From a virus: 64,000 nucleotides of DNA. Both the position numbers and the translations under genes were made by a program. Below are positions 9,099 to 18,916 of the stretch, in pieces (within the stretch, counting starts at the first letter, position 1; the number at the start of each line of letters is the position of its first letter). The stretch lies in IMG/VR virus record IMGVR_UViG_3300022391_000001, positions 41,470 through 105,469 of that record. The stretch is one strand, 5' to 3'. The notes beneath the pieces were generated by a model that saw only the letters and a program-made list of their open reading frames with translations, made no database searches and was not told where the DNA came from.

Positions 9099-9674
9099 CT
9101 AATTGGAAACCGGCACGATTCCAAACCGTTTGGTCAGCTGAAATTCATTGATCAGCTCGTTGGCAACCTCGTGGGAACCCATTTCCTGGGCAACGATGCT
9201 GAGTGCGAGCCCGATAACGTTGGTGCTGTAGCGGCCAGCCCCGGCGATGGCCTTGCGGATACGCTGCCGTGCCTCCTGAACCACCTCGGGCTCCACCGGC
9301 AAGCACTCGCACACCGCGCAACCGCACTTCGCGCATAGCGGCTTGGGCGCTTGCACCGGCGTTTGCACCGGCGCTTCTGCCGGCGGCGGAGCTTCGGCTG
9401 CGACGGTTTCCTTCACCGGTGGTTTCGCGGTAGCCTTGCGGGACTTCTTCTTGGTTGCACTTCGTGGAGACTTCTTTCTGCCATCGGGCTCCGCCGCCTG
9501 TGGACCGGTTGCCACGGGCGGCGTCCTGATGTCACCGTGCCGATCGCACGCCACATTGCGACAGTAGGCATAAGGGTCCGATGGCTTGACGGGTCCCGCG
9601 TCCATTCGCTTGTACAGCGCCTTGCCGCAACAATCACACCTCGGTTGCTTCGGTCGCCCTTTGTAGTTGCTCAT
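9099..9674 (-). CDS. Cys-rich hypothetical early protein
   Basis: CDCCG...CRNVAC; Lys/Pro linker; CAKCGCAVCEC. Confidence 0.75.
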   Translation of the reverse strand: MSNYKGRPKQPRCDCCGKALYKRMDAGPVKPSDPYAYCRNVACDRHGDIRTPPVATGPQAAEPDGRKKSPRSATKKKSRKATAKPPVKETVAAEAPPPAEAPVQTPVQAPKPLCAKCGCAVCECLPVEPEVVQEARQRIRKAIAGAGRYSTNVIGLALSIVAQEMGSHEVANELINEFQLTKRFGIVPVSN

Positions 9675-9704
9675 GGCTGACTCCAAGTTTGATGTGTCCC
9701 TTCT

Positions 9705-9733
9705 ATCATAGAACCAGGCGCTGAAAAAGTCGA
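9705..9733 (-). promoter_or_regulatory. early promoter P4
   Basis: TCGACT-17 nt-TATGAT. Confidence 0.75.
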
Positions 9734-9750
9734 GTGGGAATTGCTGCCAA

Positions 9751-9990
9751 TCACTGAATGTGAATTTTTGCTATGCGGTCAAACGGGATCCGATCCATCG
9801 GGTCGCCATTGAGTTCAAGCTCCGAGATGACGTCAACGTCAAATCCGTTGAACTGCATAGTCCGGAGCTGGAAGCCCGACAAGCGCCCTTCTCGGCGGAT
9901 GCCGTCGGAAGTCTCCAGCTGCACAAATGAATTCACCGCGCCCAATAGGTGTTCAATCCACCACGCCATCGATGTCTTCTTGCTCGCCAT
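9751..9990 (-). CDS. putative Sm/Lsm/Hfq-like fold protein
   Basis: N-terminal helix, then Sm1-like FVQLETSDGIRREGRLSGF and Sm2-like IPFDRIAKIHI; 79 aa. Confidence 0.5.
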   Translation of the reverse strand: MASKKTSMAWWIEHLLGAVNSFVQLETSDGIRREGRLSGFQLRTMQFNGFDVDVISELELNGDPMDRIPFDRIAKIHIQ

Positions 9991-10189
9991 CTGTCTCCAC
10001 TCCGGCGCACGCAGCGCTGCAAAATCGTTTGCTTTTTGGAACATCTGCGCTGCATTTCTCGCAGTGTCCGATCCTGTAGAATCCAATCGCTTCAGCCTTC
10101 ACCAGATTGGTAAAGGCCAAACGCTCTTGGCGTGTCATGTAGTCCAAATCGGGGCTGTTTCGCCACCCGTAAGTCTGCTTCAGGCTCAT
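9953..10189 (-). CDS. small Zn-ribbon protein
   Basis: CEKC...FCSAAC. Confidence 0.6.
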   Translation of the reverse strand: MSLKQTYGWRNSPDLDYMTRQERLAFTNLVKAEAIGFYRIGHCEKCSADVPKSKRFCSAACAGVETDGEQEDIDGVVD

Positions 10190-10524
10190 GATTTCCTGTT
10201 CACCACCCGGCGTTGACCGGTGGCTTTGGACCAGAAGCGCTCCGCCACCTCGGGCCCAACCACCTCCTCAAGCCGCCGCTTGTGCACCAGTTGGACTCCC
10301 TTGACAGGGTCCTGTTCCAAAGGATAGGAGCCCATCCAATCGACCAAACACCCTCCGGCCAATATGGTGAAATCCTTGTAGTTGCCTTTTATCCCTTTGG
10401 ACACCATCAAGTCCCGGATTATCCGCGCGTTGGCGGTTGGAAGTGATGCCCGCTTCGCTTGGTTGCGGGCTCGGACTTTGGCCTTCAGCTCCCGCGCCTT
10501 CACCTTGATCCGTTCACAGCCCAT
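10186..10524 (-). CDS. hypothetical basic protein
   Basis: Tiles between UDG and the Zn-ribbon gene. Confidence 0.6.
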   Translation of the reverse strand: MGCERIKVKARELKAKVRARNQAKRASLPTANARIIRDLMVSKGIKGNYKDFTILAGGCLVDWMGSYPLEQDPVKGVQLVHKRRLEEVVGPEVAERFWSKATGQRRVVNRKS

Positions 10525-11116
10525 ATGCCAACATCCTTGCCTTCGCAATATCCTTGATCACACACTTGCGTGCCAGCGGATCACATGTACGCAACAAGAA
10601 CGATGGGTGGAAAGTGCAGATGGCTGGCCAAACGCCGATGTCCCCGGTCATCGTGATCATTTCCACATCCACCTTGCGCCCGGACCACTGGGTGATGTTG
10701 GTGACTCCGGCCAAACGCCGTGAAGCCACCTTGCCTAGCAACAGCATCGCCTTGGGCTTCAGCATGTTCACATAGGCCAAGAACCTTGGATGACACGCCT
10801 TGATTTCCAGCGGCGAAGGGTCCCGATTCATCGGTGGTCGACACGCCACGAGATTGACGATGAATGCTTGGTGCTCTTCAACTCCTGCGCTCTTGAAGCA
10901 GCGGTCCAACTCCTGGCCCGCAGGCCCTACAAACGGCTGCCCTAGCTCATCCTCGTGCGCTCCCGGAGCTTCGCCGACAACCAGGAGCTTCGCCGACGGA
11001 TTGCCCCGGCAGTGGACCACGTTTATCCGCCCCTCGTGGAGCTTGCACAGTTGGCAATTCTGCCAGTTGCGATTGATCCGACCCACGTCCTTTATGGTTC
11101 CCCGCGCCTTGCTCAC
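10514..11116 (-). CDS. udg: uracil-DNA glycosylase family 4 (4Fe-4S)
   Basis: CQLCKL, VGEAPG, PFVGPAG, ACRPP.NRDP, FHPS. Confidence 0.92.
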   Translation of the reverse strand: MSKARGTIKDVGRINRNWQNCQLCKLHEGRINVVHCRGNPSAKLLVVGEAPGAHEDELGQPFVGPAGQELDRCFKSAGVEEHQAFIVNLVACRPPMNRDPSPLEIKACHPRFLAYVNMLKPKAMLLLGKVASRRLAGVTNITQWSGRKVDVEMITMTGDIGVWPAICTFHPSFLLRTCDPLARKCVIKDIAKARMLAYGL

Positions 11117-12027
11117 AGTCCCATCTCCCCCATCTTCATCAATCCGTGAAGCTCCGCTGGCGCCATCAACGAGCGGAAGCGATAGACACGGAGGTGTTTC
11201 AGCAGCGTCGCCTGATCGGGCTTTGGGTCGATCAGACGCATCTGGGCTCGTGTCTCGATGGTGGTCAACCGCTTGAACAACCGGATCATCTCCGCCCCTT
11301 CGCTGATAGGAGCCCGGAACCTCTCAGGGATAGGCATAGGACTGCCGCTTTGTGCCGCTCTGATGATTTTCTCGATGCCCCCAAGCCCTTGTATGGCCTG
11401 TGCTGCCGTCTTTGGTCCTATGCCTCGGATGCCCGGGATGCCGTCGGAGTTGTCGCCAGCCAATGCCTTGAGGTCTGCAATCTTGTCCGGCGGCACGCCG
11501 TGCTTTTCCTCCACCTCCAGCGCGTTGTAGGTCTTGTCGGAGTTGCTACGATAGCCCGGCGAGACCACTGTGACGTTGTCGTTGACCAGCTGGCGCAAAT
11601 CGGAGTCGCCGCTGTAGATGACCACCGGCATCCCCTTCAGCGTCGCGTTGCGGGCCACCGTCCCGATGACATCATCGGCCTCATAGCCCACCCCGCAGTA
11701 TTGACGGACGCCGATAGCGCGGAGCATCGCCTTGAGTCGCAGCTCCTGTGCCCTCATTTCATCAGCCAGCGCCTTCATCTCGGCGTCGGGCTCCGCCCTC
11801 TGCTTGTACGCGGGCCAGAGCTTGCGCCGGAAGTTGCCTTGACCTTCCCACGCCACCATACACATCCCACCATAGCGGTTGTGTATCTTCATGGCGCAGG
11901 ACAAGAAGCCATACATGGCCCCTGTGCCCATATCCCGCCCATTGACTTCGGCGCTCAAGTCCTTGAAGGCATCTGCCGTCCGCCACAGCAGGTGGCGCCC
12001 GTCAAAGATCAGCACCGCCGCATTCAT
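11113..12027 (-). CDS. 5'-3' exonuclease / flap endonuclease (PolA N-terminal type)
   Basis: FDG, YKQR, YEADD, SGDSDL, GDNSDGIPGIRGIGPKTA (H3TH). Confidence 0.93.
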   Translation of the reverse strand: MNAAVLIFDGRHLLWRTADAFKDLSAEVNGRDMGTGAMYGFLSCAMKIHNRYGGMCMVAWEGQGNFRRKLWPAYKQRAEPDAEMKALADEMRAQELRLKAMLRAIGVRQYCGVGYEADDVIGTVARNATLKGMPVVIYSGDSDLRQLVNDNVTVVSPGYRSNSDKTYNALEVEEKHGVPPDKIADLKALAGDNSDGIPGIRGIGPKTAAQAIQGLGGIEKIIRAAQSGSPMPIPERFRAPISEGAEMIRLFKRLTTIETRAQMRLIDPKPDQATLLKHLRVYRFRSLMAPAELHGLMKMGEMGL

Positions 12028-12236
12028 CCGACCTCTCCAATCGGCTCGCCCGTCTCCAAGCACCTGGCCGCTACCCGAGCCTGGCACGTCGACAACCGGA
12101 GGGCTCGCAACAGGTCTTTGTCCTCGCAGCCCTGCTCTATCATCGACCGATACACCTCAAAGATCACATCGGCGGCGATCCGGAGCCGTGCCGCCCTGAT
12201 CAACGTATCCCGAGATGGTTGATCATCCTCTGTCAT
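12024..12236 (-). CDS. hypothetical protein
   Basis: ATGA overlap with the next gene; GGAGG RBS. Confidence 0.6.
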   Translation of the reverse strand: MTEDDQPSRDTLIRAARLRIAADVIFEVYRSMIEQGCEDKDLLRALRLSTCQARVAARCLETGEPIGEVG

Positions 12237-12454
12237 TTACCCTCCCCATCATCCGCAATGGTCTGCGGGAAGCAGGCGTTGGGCGGCGCCCAAGTCAGAA
12301 AACCATCTTCATCCACCTTGCTGTAGCAGAAGCACTCCTGAACATCCTCCGACCATTCGCACTCCATATTCTCCATCACTTCTTCAGACTCCGGAGCATC
12401 ATCCATCGCTCCACATCCCACGAGAACCAACAATGCCAATGCTGTGTACTTCAT
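12233..12454 (-). CDS. small lipoprotein
   Basis: Signal peptide with lipobox LVGC; AGGAGG RBS. Confidence 0.65.
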   Translation of the reverse strand: MKYTALALLVLVGCGAMDDAPESEEVMENMECEWSEDVQECFCYSKVDEDGFLTWAPPNACFPQTIADDGEGK

Positions 12455-12463
12455 ATCAACCTC

Positions 12464-12742
12464 CTACAGTCCTTGCTTTTCAACCCACCAGAGCGTGACA
12501 GTGACTTCCTTGTCCGTCGCTTCCAACGTCTGGCTCTTGGGCACCCAAACCTTATCGCCCTCGATGATCAGGAGCGTCGCCTTGTCGGTCATGTGCTCGA
12601 TGCTCTCGTATGCCAACGTGACTGTTTCCGGATCAGCCTTGTCTTCATCCCAACCAACCATGTCCTCTGGATACCACTTCCGTGGCGGCGGCTTGTGCCC
12701 CTTCTTTGCGCCGCGCATCTTGGACATATCGGGCTTTGCCAT
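12464..12742 (-). CDS. hypothetical protein
   Basis: AGGAG RBS before MAKPDM; TDKATLL...WVPKSQ pattern. Confidence 0.65.
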   Translation of the reverse strand: MAKPDMSKMRGAKKGHKPPPRKWYPEDMVGWDEDKADPETVTLAYESIEHMTDKATLLIIEGDKVWVPKSQTLEATDKEVTVTLWWVEKQGL

Positions 12743-12743
12743 C

Positions 12744-13073
12744 TCACACGCTCCTGTGGATGCTGTTCTCCGTGGTGAATCCCGCCGGATATCGGCGGCG
12801 GAGCTTGTCGATATTCTCTGCGACGATATCAGCAAAGTGCAAGTTGCTTTGGCTGGCCAACTCTGCTGTGTACCACATGATGTCGCCAAGCTCCTTGGAT
12901 ACATAGTCTGGATCAAATGGATGACCGTGGTACAAGTGCTTTTTGAGGTGGTCCAGAAGCTCACCCACCTCACCGGCCAACCCCATCGAGGTGTTGGCCA
13001 GTAGCTCCCGCTTGTTCAGCTCCGGATTGCGGGTCCTGGATGCCAGCTCTTGATACTCGTTGAACTCCATCAT
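12744..13073 (-). CDS. MazG-like nucleoside triphosphate pyrophosphohydrolase
   Basis: YQELASRT, GLAGEVGE, KELGDIMWY, NIDKLRRRY. Confidence 0.9.
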   Translation of the reverse strand: MMEFNEYQELASRTRNPELNKRELLANTSMGLAGEVGELLDHLKKHLYHGHPFDPDYVSKELGDIMWYTAELASQSNLHFADIVAENIDKLRRRYPAGFTTENSIHRSV

Positions 13074-13849
13074 TTCTTGCCTTTCGCCAAACAACATTTC
13101 CTTGAACCGCACACGTCGCAGACGGGCTCGTCATGCGGCGTCGGCACCCCGTCCGGATTCTCAATCCACTCCCGGCTGAGCAGATTGATTGGATAGGTCT
13201 TGGTTGTGCGGTTGAACACCTGTATCTCTTTGGGGTGCAAGTCATCCATCCGGAGCTTCCCTGCCCGGAGCTGCACCTCAGTCCAGACCAATTGCGCGAC
13301 CACATAAGCGTCTGCGAGGTCTTCACTGGTTTGGGTGTTGACCTTGCCGGACTTGGCCGGCGGCGGATTGAGCGGCGAGAAGTCCGCGCCCCATCGCTCC
13401 TGCACCGCTCGCTCGATGGCATCCTTGTGGCAGGTCCCGTCGTGAGCGCCGAACATCTTGACCGTGGTCGGATCAGGAAGTCTGATCTTGAATCCCCGGA
13501 ACCAACACAAGATCCGAGCGATGCCGCCCGCTTCGCCCATCTGATGCGCCCCTTGCTCCGCCCGCAGAGCATAGTCCTCAATCCCCACATAGGCGGCATC
13601 GGTGCGCATCAACACCCTCTTGTCCAAGTAGTGCTCGATCCAAGCCAGTCGGATCATTCCCCGCACGTGCTTGTCCTTGCTCCGATCCATCTGCTGGATG
13701 GGCAACCGCTCCCCTCGTTTGGACCTTGCCGCCGCTCCGGCGATGTCGGTCCAATACCAGAAGTTGCTCAGCTCGCCATCGGTGAGCTCAACCGCCGCTC
13801 CGTGATTCAGTGCGATGTCCATCCCGAGCACTTTGGTTTGATCTCTCAT
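13070..13849 (-). CDS. RuvC-like Holliday junction resolvase
   Basis: VLGMDIA, IEDYA, PTTVKMF, DLADAY. Confidence 0.8.
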   Translation of the reverse strand: MRDQTKVLGMDIALNHGAAVELTDGELSNFWYWTDIAGAAARSKRGERLPIQQMDRSKDKHVRGMIRLAWIEHYLDKRVLMRTDAAYVGIEDYALRAEQGAHQMGEAGGIARILCWFRGFKIRLPDPTTVKMFGAHDGTCHKDAIERAVQERWGADFSPLNPPPAKSGKVNTQTSEDLADAYVVAQLVWTEVQLRAGKLRMDDLHPKEIQVFNRTTKTYPINLLSREWIENPDGVPTPHDEPVCDVCGSRKCCLAKGKK

Positions 13850-14541
13850 CGGTCCCACGCCGCGCTGTCCCATTTGTCTTCATCGTCATCGTCACCGGCG
13901 CTGGCTTTGGCCTCCATGATCTCCTTGGTCGCCTTTTTTCGCCACGACACATCGGGCTTGTATCGTTCCAGATAATTCAGAATGTGCCCAAGACGGATGT
14001 CAGCGTTGTCCCGCTCGGTGCGAGCGGCGTCCAGCTCCGATTCCAATTCTGTCACCCTGATGGCCGCGCCAGCGCTATCCTGGATGGCCTGTCTCAAGCT
14101 CTGCTCCACCACCGGCAACACCGCCATATGGACTGCTGCGTCTGTTGCCGACGGCGGCAACACCTCCGGCGGCGGCGGAGCTTCCGGTGTCTTGGGCGGC
14201 GTGGAGGGCTCGTGAACTGCCCTGCCCATCAGAGTCCCGGTGACTGCTGTGTCGCTCATTTGCAGTTCCAAACCGCCCTGCTCCAAAGCCAATCCCAACG
14301 CAGCCCAACAACGGCGCCACACTTCCAACCCCTTGTTCCAATTGAACGTGTGAATCCGCCCGTTGGTGGAGCGGCCAACCCCTCCGGCTCCGCCGGAGCC
14401 GTCGGAGTACACCGACTGAATCGCGTCAGTCAGCCCCTGCCACTCCCGTGGTTCCAGCGCTGGGCCCAACTGCTCGATGCTTATCCGCATATGGTCCGAG
14501 CCCTGTTCAGGGCTGGCAACCAATTGTCTAACTGTCATCAT
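13846..14541 (-). CDS. hypothetical protein with C-terminal coiled coil
   Basis: Tiles; start MMTVRQ. Confidence 0.65.
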   Translation of the reverse strand: MMTVRQLVASPEQGSDHMRISIEQLGPALEPREWQGLTDAIQSVYSDGSGGAGGVGRSTNGRIHTFNWNKGLEVWRRCWAALGLALEQGGLELQMSDTAVTGTLMGRAVHEPSTPPKTPEAPPPPEVLPPSATDAAVHMAVLPVVEQSLRQAIQDSAGAAIRVTELESELDAARTERDNADIRLGHILNYLERYKPDVSWRKKATKEIMEAKASAGDDDDEDKWDSAAWDR

Positions 14542-14719
14542 AATCCACCTTCGCTCCGCAATCAGAACAATAATATTCCACCCGTTGCGATGTCTCTTGA
14601 AGCTCCAAAGCCAATCGTTCCCCATCGGTCTCAATCTGGCTGCGCGTCCCGATGATGATCCGTTTCTCGGGCGGTTCAATCGTCCCACAGTGTTCACAAT
14701 ATGCCCATGGCTGACTCAC
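14528..14719 (-). CDS. small Zn-ribbon protein
   Basis: CEHC...CSDC; GGAGG RBS; GTGA overlap. Confidence 0.65.
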   Translation of the reverse strand: MSQPWAYCEHCGTIEPPEKRIIIGTRSQIETDGERLALELQETSQRVEYYCSDCGAKVDYDDS

Positions 14720-16674
14720 ATCCGCACCTCCAGTCTGCTGACGCCACCCTCCTTGGTTACCCACGCGGTGTGCTCGAACACCTCCCCAACCTCAGCTTCG
14801 TGGCTGATCACAAATATGGTGCCACGCTCCGCGCGCAAGGACTGAAGCAGCGTCAATACTCGTTGGCATCCCTCTGCGTCCAATCCGTCCAGCACTTCAT
14901 CGAGCATCAACAAATCTACATGGCCCCCTTCTCGGGTCGCCACGAGGTCCATCAGGGCCAAGTCGGTTGCAACCTCCATCTTTTTGAGCTGCCCACCGCT
15001 TGGCGGATAGTTATCCTCCAACCCCTCAACGTCCCACTGGATGTCGATCTCATCCCGATACTCGCCCTTGGCTGACTTGAGCTCCCGCTGGGTGGCGAAG
15101 CGCATTGTGATGTCGCCGTCGGCCAGCGTCTCCAAATAGTGGTTGGCCCGATCTGTTATGTAAGGCATCACTTCATCGAGGATGAACGATGACAACCCTT
15201 GGCCCGAGAAGCCCCGCACCCAAAACTCATGGTGGGCGAGGTCTTGAGACACCAGGACACTTTGCGAGCGGAGCTTCATCAGCTCCGCCTGGTATTCTTC
15301 AATCTTGGCCTTGGCGGTGGCCAGTGCCCCGTCAAAGGGATTCTCACACGCCATGATCCGCTTGATCTGCTCAACGTGCTCCTTGGCCATCGCAACGGCG
15401 TGCTTCGCTTCGCCGACGCGCCGTTGCTGCTCTTGCTCCAGGCGTTCCCGGCGCAAGCGAGCGGCGGAAATTCTCTGGTTGATCGCGTTCAGTCGGCGAA
15501 GGCATTCAGATGCTTCGGCGGCGGCGGAGCGATAGCGCTTGCGCATCTTCTGGATGGATGCCATAGCGTTGTGGTGGTTTTCTATCTGTTCTGTGCACTT
15601 CGCCGCCTTCACAGATGCCTCTTGGAGTGCTTCGGATAGCTCCCGGCGGTGCTCTTGGACGTGCTCCGAGGTCAACGGCGTACTACAGACCGGACACACC
15701 TCGCCATCGAGCGCTTCCAATGCTTCAGTCTTGGCCGCCACCGTCGCTCGATGCTGGGACTCCATCCTATGCGCCTTGTCCCGCCGACGCTCCAGCTCGT
15801 CCAGATCGAGGTCCAGCTTGTCTATCTGCTCTTCAGCTCCGTCGGATTCTGTGATCTTGGCTCTGAGCTCTTCAGCCTTGGCCTCCAGTGCGTCCGTGTC
15901 GGTTTCCTCTGTGTCCTCCGGCTGCCCCGCTAACAGCTCCTGCGCCTTTTGCTTCAGCCCCTGGACCTTGACCTTCAGCGAGTCAACCTGCCTTTCTCGG
16001 TCATTCTCCCACTCTTCTCGCTGTGACTCCAATTCATTGAGATCGTGCTCATCTATCCGCCACTGGTAGCCCTCCGCTGCCCTCTCAATCTCATCCAGAC
16101 TCCGCTTCAGCTCTGTGCGCTTCTCGCGCACACGCTCGTGACACTGCTTGAGGATGTCCGTGCGCAAGATCTTGTGCAACATTTCCTTGCGGTCGACATC
16201 CTTGGTCCGAGGGTCGGCGAAGCGTGCCGAATCGTTCTGGCCATACATCACCGTGTTCTTGAAGGCCAAGAAGTCCAGCCCCACCATCTCATTGATCTTG
16301 TGCTGCAGCGCGTCCCTGGAGCCCGAGAAGGGCTTGCCGTCGGGCTGAATCAGTTGGAGCTTGGGCGCACCCTTGGTCCGAGCCCGCTCCACCGTCCAGT
16401 ATTGCTCCGGCTGCTCGAACATCCGCACACGCACCGTTGCTCGGGTCGCCCCCCGACGGATCACCCGGTCGCCCGCTTCCCCGTCGATGGATTGGCCCCA
16501 CAGCCCCCATCCCAGAGCTTTGAGCAAGGTGGACTTGCCCGAGCCGTTGCTCTGGGATGACTCGGTGTCCAGATTGGTCCCGCCCAAGAATATCAACCCT
16601 TGGCGGTGCAGAGGCAGCGTGGCGGCGGCGAAGCTCCCGAAGTCAGTCAGCTGAACATCATACAGGTCCATCAT
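14716..16674 (-). CDS. SbcC/Rad50/gp46-like SMC ATPase
   Basis: Walker A NGSGKST, zinc hook CPVC, signature SGGQ, Walker B LMLDE, ISH. Confidence 0.93.
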   Translation of the reverse strand: MMDLYDVQLTDFGSFAAATLPLHRQGLIFLGGTNLDTESSQSNGSGKSTLLKALGWGLWGQSIDGEAGDRVIRRGATRATVRVRMFEQPEQYWTVERARTKGAPKLQLIQPDGKPFSGSRDALQHKINEMVGLDFLAFKNTVMYGQNDSARFADPRTKDVDRKEMLHKILRTDILKQCHERVREKRTELKRSLDEIERAAEGYQWRIDEHDLNELESQREEWENDRERQVDSLKVKVQGLKQKAQELLAGQPEDTEETDTDALEAKAEELRAKITESDGAEEQIDKLDLDLDELERRRDKAHRMESQHRATVAAKTEALEALDGEVCPVCSTPLTSEHVQEHRRELSEALQEASVKAAKCTEQIENHHNAMASIQKMRKRYRSAAAEASECLRRLNAINQRISAARLRRERLEQEQQRRVGEAKHAVAMAKEHVEQIKRIMACENPFDGALATAKAKIEEYQAELMKLRSQSVLVSQDLAHHEFWVRGFSGQGLSSFILDEVMPYITDRANHYLETLADGDITMRFATQRELKSAKGEYRDEIDIQWDVEGLEDNYPPSGGQLKKMEVATDLALMDLVATREGGHVDLLMLDEVLDGLDAEGCQRVLTLLQSLRAERGTIFVISHEAEVGEVFEHTAWVTKEGGVSRLEVRM

Positions 16675-17843
16675 CCACCCCTTGCAGCGGCCAGAGTCTC
16701 ACGCCCGATGCGCTTCAGCTCCCCAACATCGAGGTCCCCAGTCACCACCCCGGCAGCGTCCACGTATCGTGCGATGGCGGCGTCCAGCGTCGGCGCCGTC
16801 GCCATCTGCTTGCTGTCCGTGTCCCCTTCCAATCGGACCTTGTGGTGATAGATCGGCTTGTGCTTCGCCGATGCCTTGATCCCTGTCGATTGAAGAGCGT
16901 CGCAAATCGCCTTGACCTTGGGCTTCAACGTCGCCCAATCAGCGTTGGTACACGCAACCTCAAGACGCAGATAATCACCAGCTTCAATCTTGTTGGACTT
17001 GACGTATCCAGCTACAGTGGCAGGCTCAAACTTGTTGCCCATCCCCGTCGCCTTGTAGAAGCGGGGCATCTTGGGCTCGATGTACTGGCCCTCTGCTCCG
17101 CCCTGGTTGAACTCGATCAACCAATAGCCCGCTTCGCGGCCCACATCCCCGTAGTGGTGATGCATTGGCGCGCCGAGATACAGCCCTTGGGCGTCGGCGC
17201 CGAAGCGCTGGCGGTCGTGAAAGTGCCCGGAGTACACCTGATCGAAGCCCTCCGTCACCTCATCAGCTTCCAACCCGTCGTCACAGGTCCACTGGAGATG
17301 GGTGCACCCGAGGATGGAGTTGTGCATGAGCAGCACGTTATGCTGATCGGGGTCCAGTCGGGCTCGGATCTCCGCCAACCGCTCCCGAGTGTCCTCCACC
17401 GGCATGTACTCCACAGGCCAGAAGCGAAGCCACGTGTCAAACTCGAATGGTTCCCCGGTCTTGAACACCCGGATGTTGTCCCGGCGCATCCGGCCAAATG
17501 CCTCCACCGTGAAGCGTCCACCTCGGACGCTGTTGGCGTCGTGGTTCCCCGGCAGGATGTACACTGGCTGATCCAACGCGGTGACCGCTTCCACCGTGTG
17601 GGTCAGCGTCACGGCGTCGATCAGAGCCTTGTCGAATAAGTCCCCAAGGACAAACACCGCGTCCACATTGGAGGCGTCGGCGCAACGCTTCATCTCGTCC
17701 CAAAGGCGCAGCTGGTCCTCCAGCCTGTCGGTCATCCCGTTCTGAGTGGGCTTGGCGTAGGGCAGCCGGTTGGACATATGGATGTCTGCGACCATCAACG
17801 CCCTGAACACGGATGGGCTCAAGGAGCTGTCCCGCTTTGCCAT
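16671..17843 (-). CDS. SbcD/Mre11/gp47-like metallophosphoesterase nuclease
   Basis: ADIH, GDLFD, GNHD, GHFH; adjacent to the SMC ATPase. Confidence 0.93.
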   Translation of the reverse strand: MAKRDSSLSPSVFRALMVADIHMSNRLPYAKPTQNGMTDRLEDQLRLWDEMKRCADASNVDAVFVLGDLFDKALIDAVTLTHTVEAVTALDQPVYILPGNHDANSVRGGRFTVEAFGRMRRDNIRVFKTGEPFEFDTWLRFWPVEYMPVEDTRERLAEIRARLDPDQHNVLLMHNSILGCTHLQWTCDDGLEADEVTEGFDQVYSGHFHDRQRFGADAQGLYLGAPMHHHYGDVGREAGYWLIEFNQGGAEGQYIEPKMPRFYKATGMGNKFEPATVAGYVKSNKIEAGDYLRLEVACTNADWATLKPKVKAICDALQSTGIKASAKHKPIYHHKVRLEGDTDSKQMATAPTLDAAIARYVDAAGVVTGDLDVGELKRIGRETLAAARGG

Positions 17844-18916
17844 CGCTTGTACAGCTCCTTGTGTATGGCATCCCGCTTCTCGGTGTCCTTTTTCAGCGCC
17901 TTGGCGGCGGCAGGGAGCCCCTGGCCGCCCAATTTCTCGCCCTTGTATTCATAGGCGTTGCCCGCCTTTTTGATGATCCCGTCGGCCACGCCCTGGGCGA
18001 CCAGAGCTTGCTCCTGGTTGATCCCGTGACCATAGTCAATCAGCACTTCCGCCTTGCGAAACGGCGGCGCAATCTGATTCTTCTTGCATTCAACCACAAG
18101 TTTATTGGCCACCTTCTCGCCGTCGGAGTCCTTGTTGGTCGCCACACGCCGGACATCCAGGAGTAGGCTCGCATAGAATTTGGGCGCGTTGCCGCCGGCA
18201 GTCTCGGTGTCATTGCCAAACATCACCATCTTCTTTCGCACCTGGCTGATCCACAGAAGGGCCACATCTTCTTTGGACACCTTGGGCATGAGCTTCGGTA
18301 ACAGCTCCGAGTAGACTCGTGCCTGCGGCGCCATGTGCTTGTCCTCCCACTCGCCCTCATACTGCGCCTTGGTGATGGCCGCGTTCATCGAGTCCAACAC
18401 GATGAGGATTGGGATGCGTTCCCCGCCCTTGCGCAGCTCCGCCGCTCGCTCGATGACCCCTTCACACGTCGCAAACACCGACTCCAAGTGCGGCGGCTGG
18501 GCTAGCACCAATTGATCAATGTTCACCCCGATGGCCCGAGCGTAGTCAGGGTCCAGCTTGTACTCTTTGTCGATGTAGACTGCCACCCCTCCGAGCCGCT
18601 GCGTCTCAGCGACGATGTGCAGCGCAAGCGTGGTCTTGCCGGAGCCCTCCATGCCGTGGAGCAGCGTGAGACGGGAGCGTGGGATGCCGCCGCGTCCAAT
18701 GGCCGCGTCGATGGTCGCGCACTGTGTGGAGATGACGCCCCGGATCTTGATGGCTAGCCCATCGCTCCCGAGCAACATGGCGCTATCGTCGCCCAGCTTG
18801 GAGCGTATGCTATCCAGCACCCCGGTGGCGAAGTCTAGCTTGATGGCCGCTTCGCCGCCGGGTGCTTCTGGAGTCGCCACCGCCACCTGCTTCTTGGTGG
18901 CAGTCTTCTTTGGCAT
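17819..18916 (-). CDS. recA: RecA recombinase
   Basis: GGIPR, GMEGSGKTT, QAR, ISQVR, GGNAPKFYAS, KNQIAPPFR. Confidence 0.95.
   Translation of the reverse strand: MPKKTATKKQVAVATPEAPGGEAAIKLDFATGVLDSIRSKLGDDSAMLLGSDGLAIKIRGVISTQCATIDAAIGRGGIPRSRLTLLHGMEGSGKTTLALHIVAETQRLGGVAVYIDKEYKLDPDYARAIGVNIDQLVLAQPPHLESVFATCEGVIERAAELRKGGERIPILIVLDSMNAAITKAQYEGEWEDKHMAPQARVYSELLPKLMPKVSKEDVALLWISQVRKKMVMFGNDTETAGGNAPKFYASLLLDVRRVATNKDSDGEKVANKLVVECKKNQIAPPFRKAEVLIDYGHGINQEQALVAQGVADGIIKKAGNAYEYKGEKLGGQGLPAAAKALKKDTEKRDAIHKELYKRWQSGTAP

Noticed and set aside
14706-14717. GAGTCAGCCATG match to the sRNA loop over the first codons of gene 14528..14719
   Set aside because: The ATG is out of frame with that gene and the match overlaps the SMC gene's stop. 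It could be chance, so it is not counted as a target.
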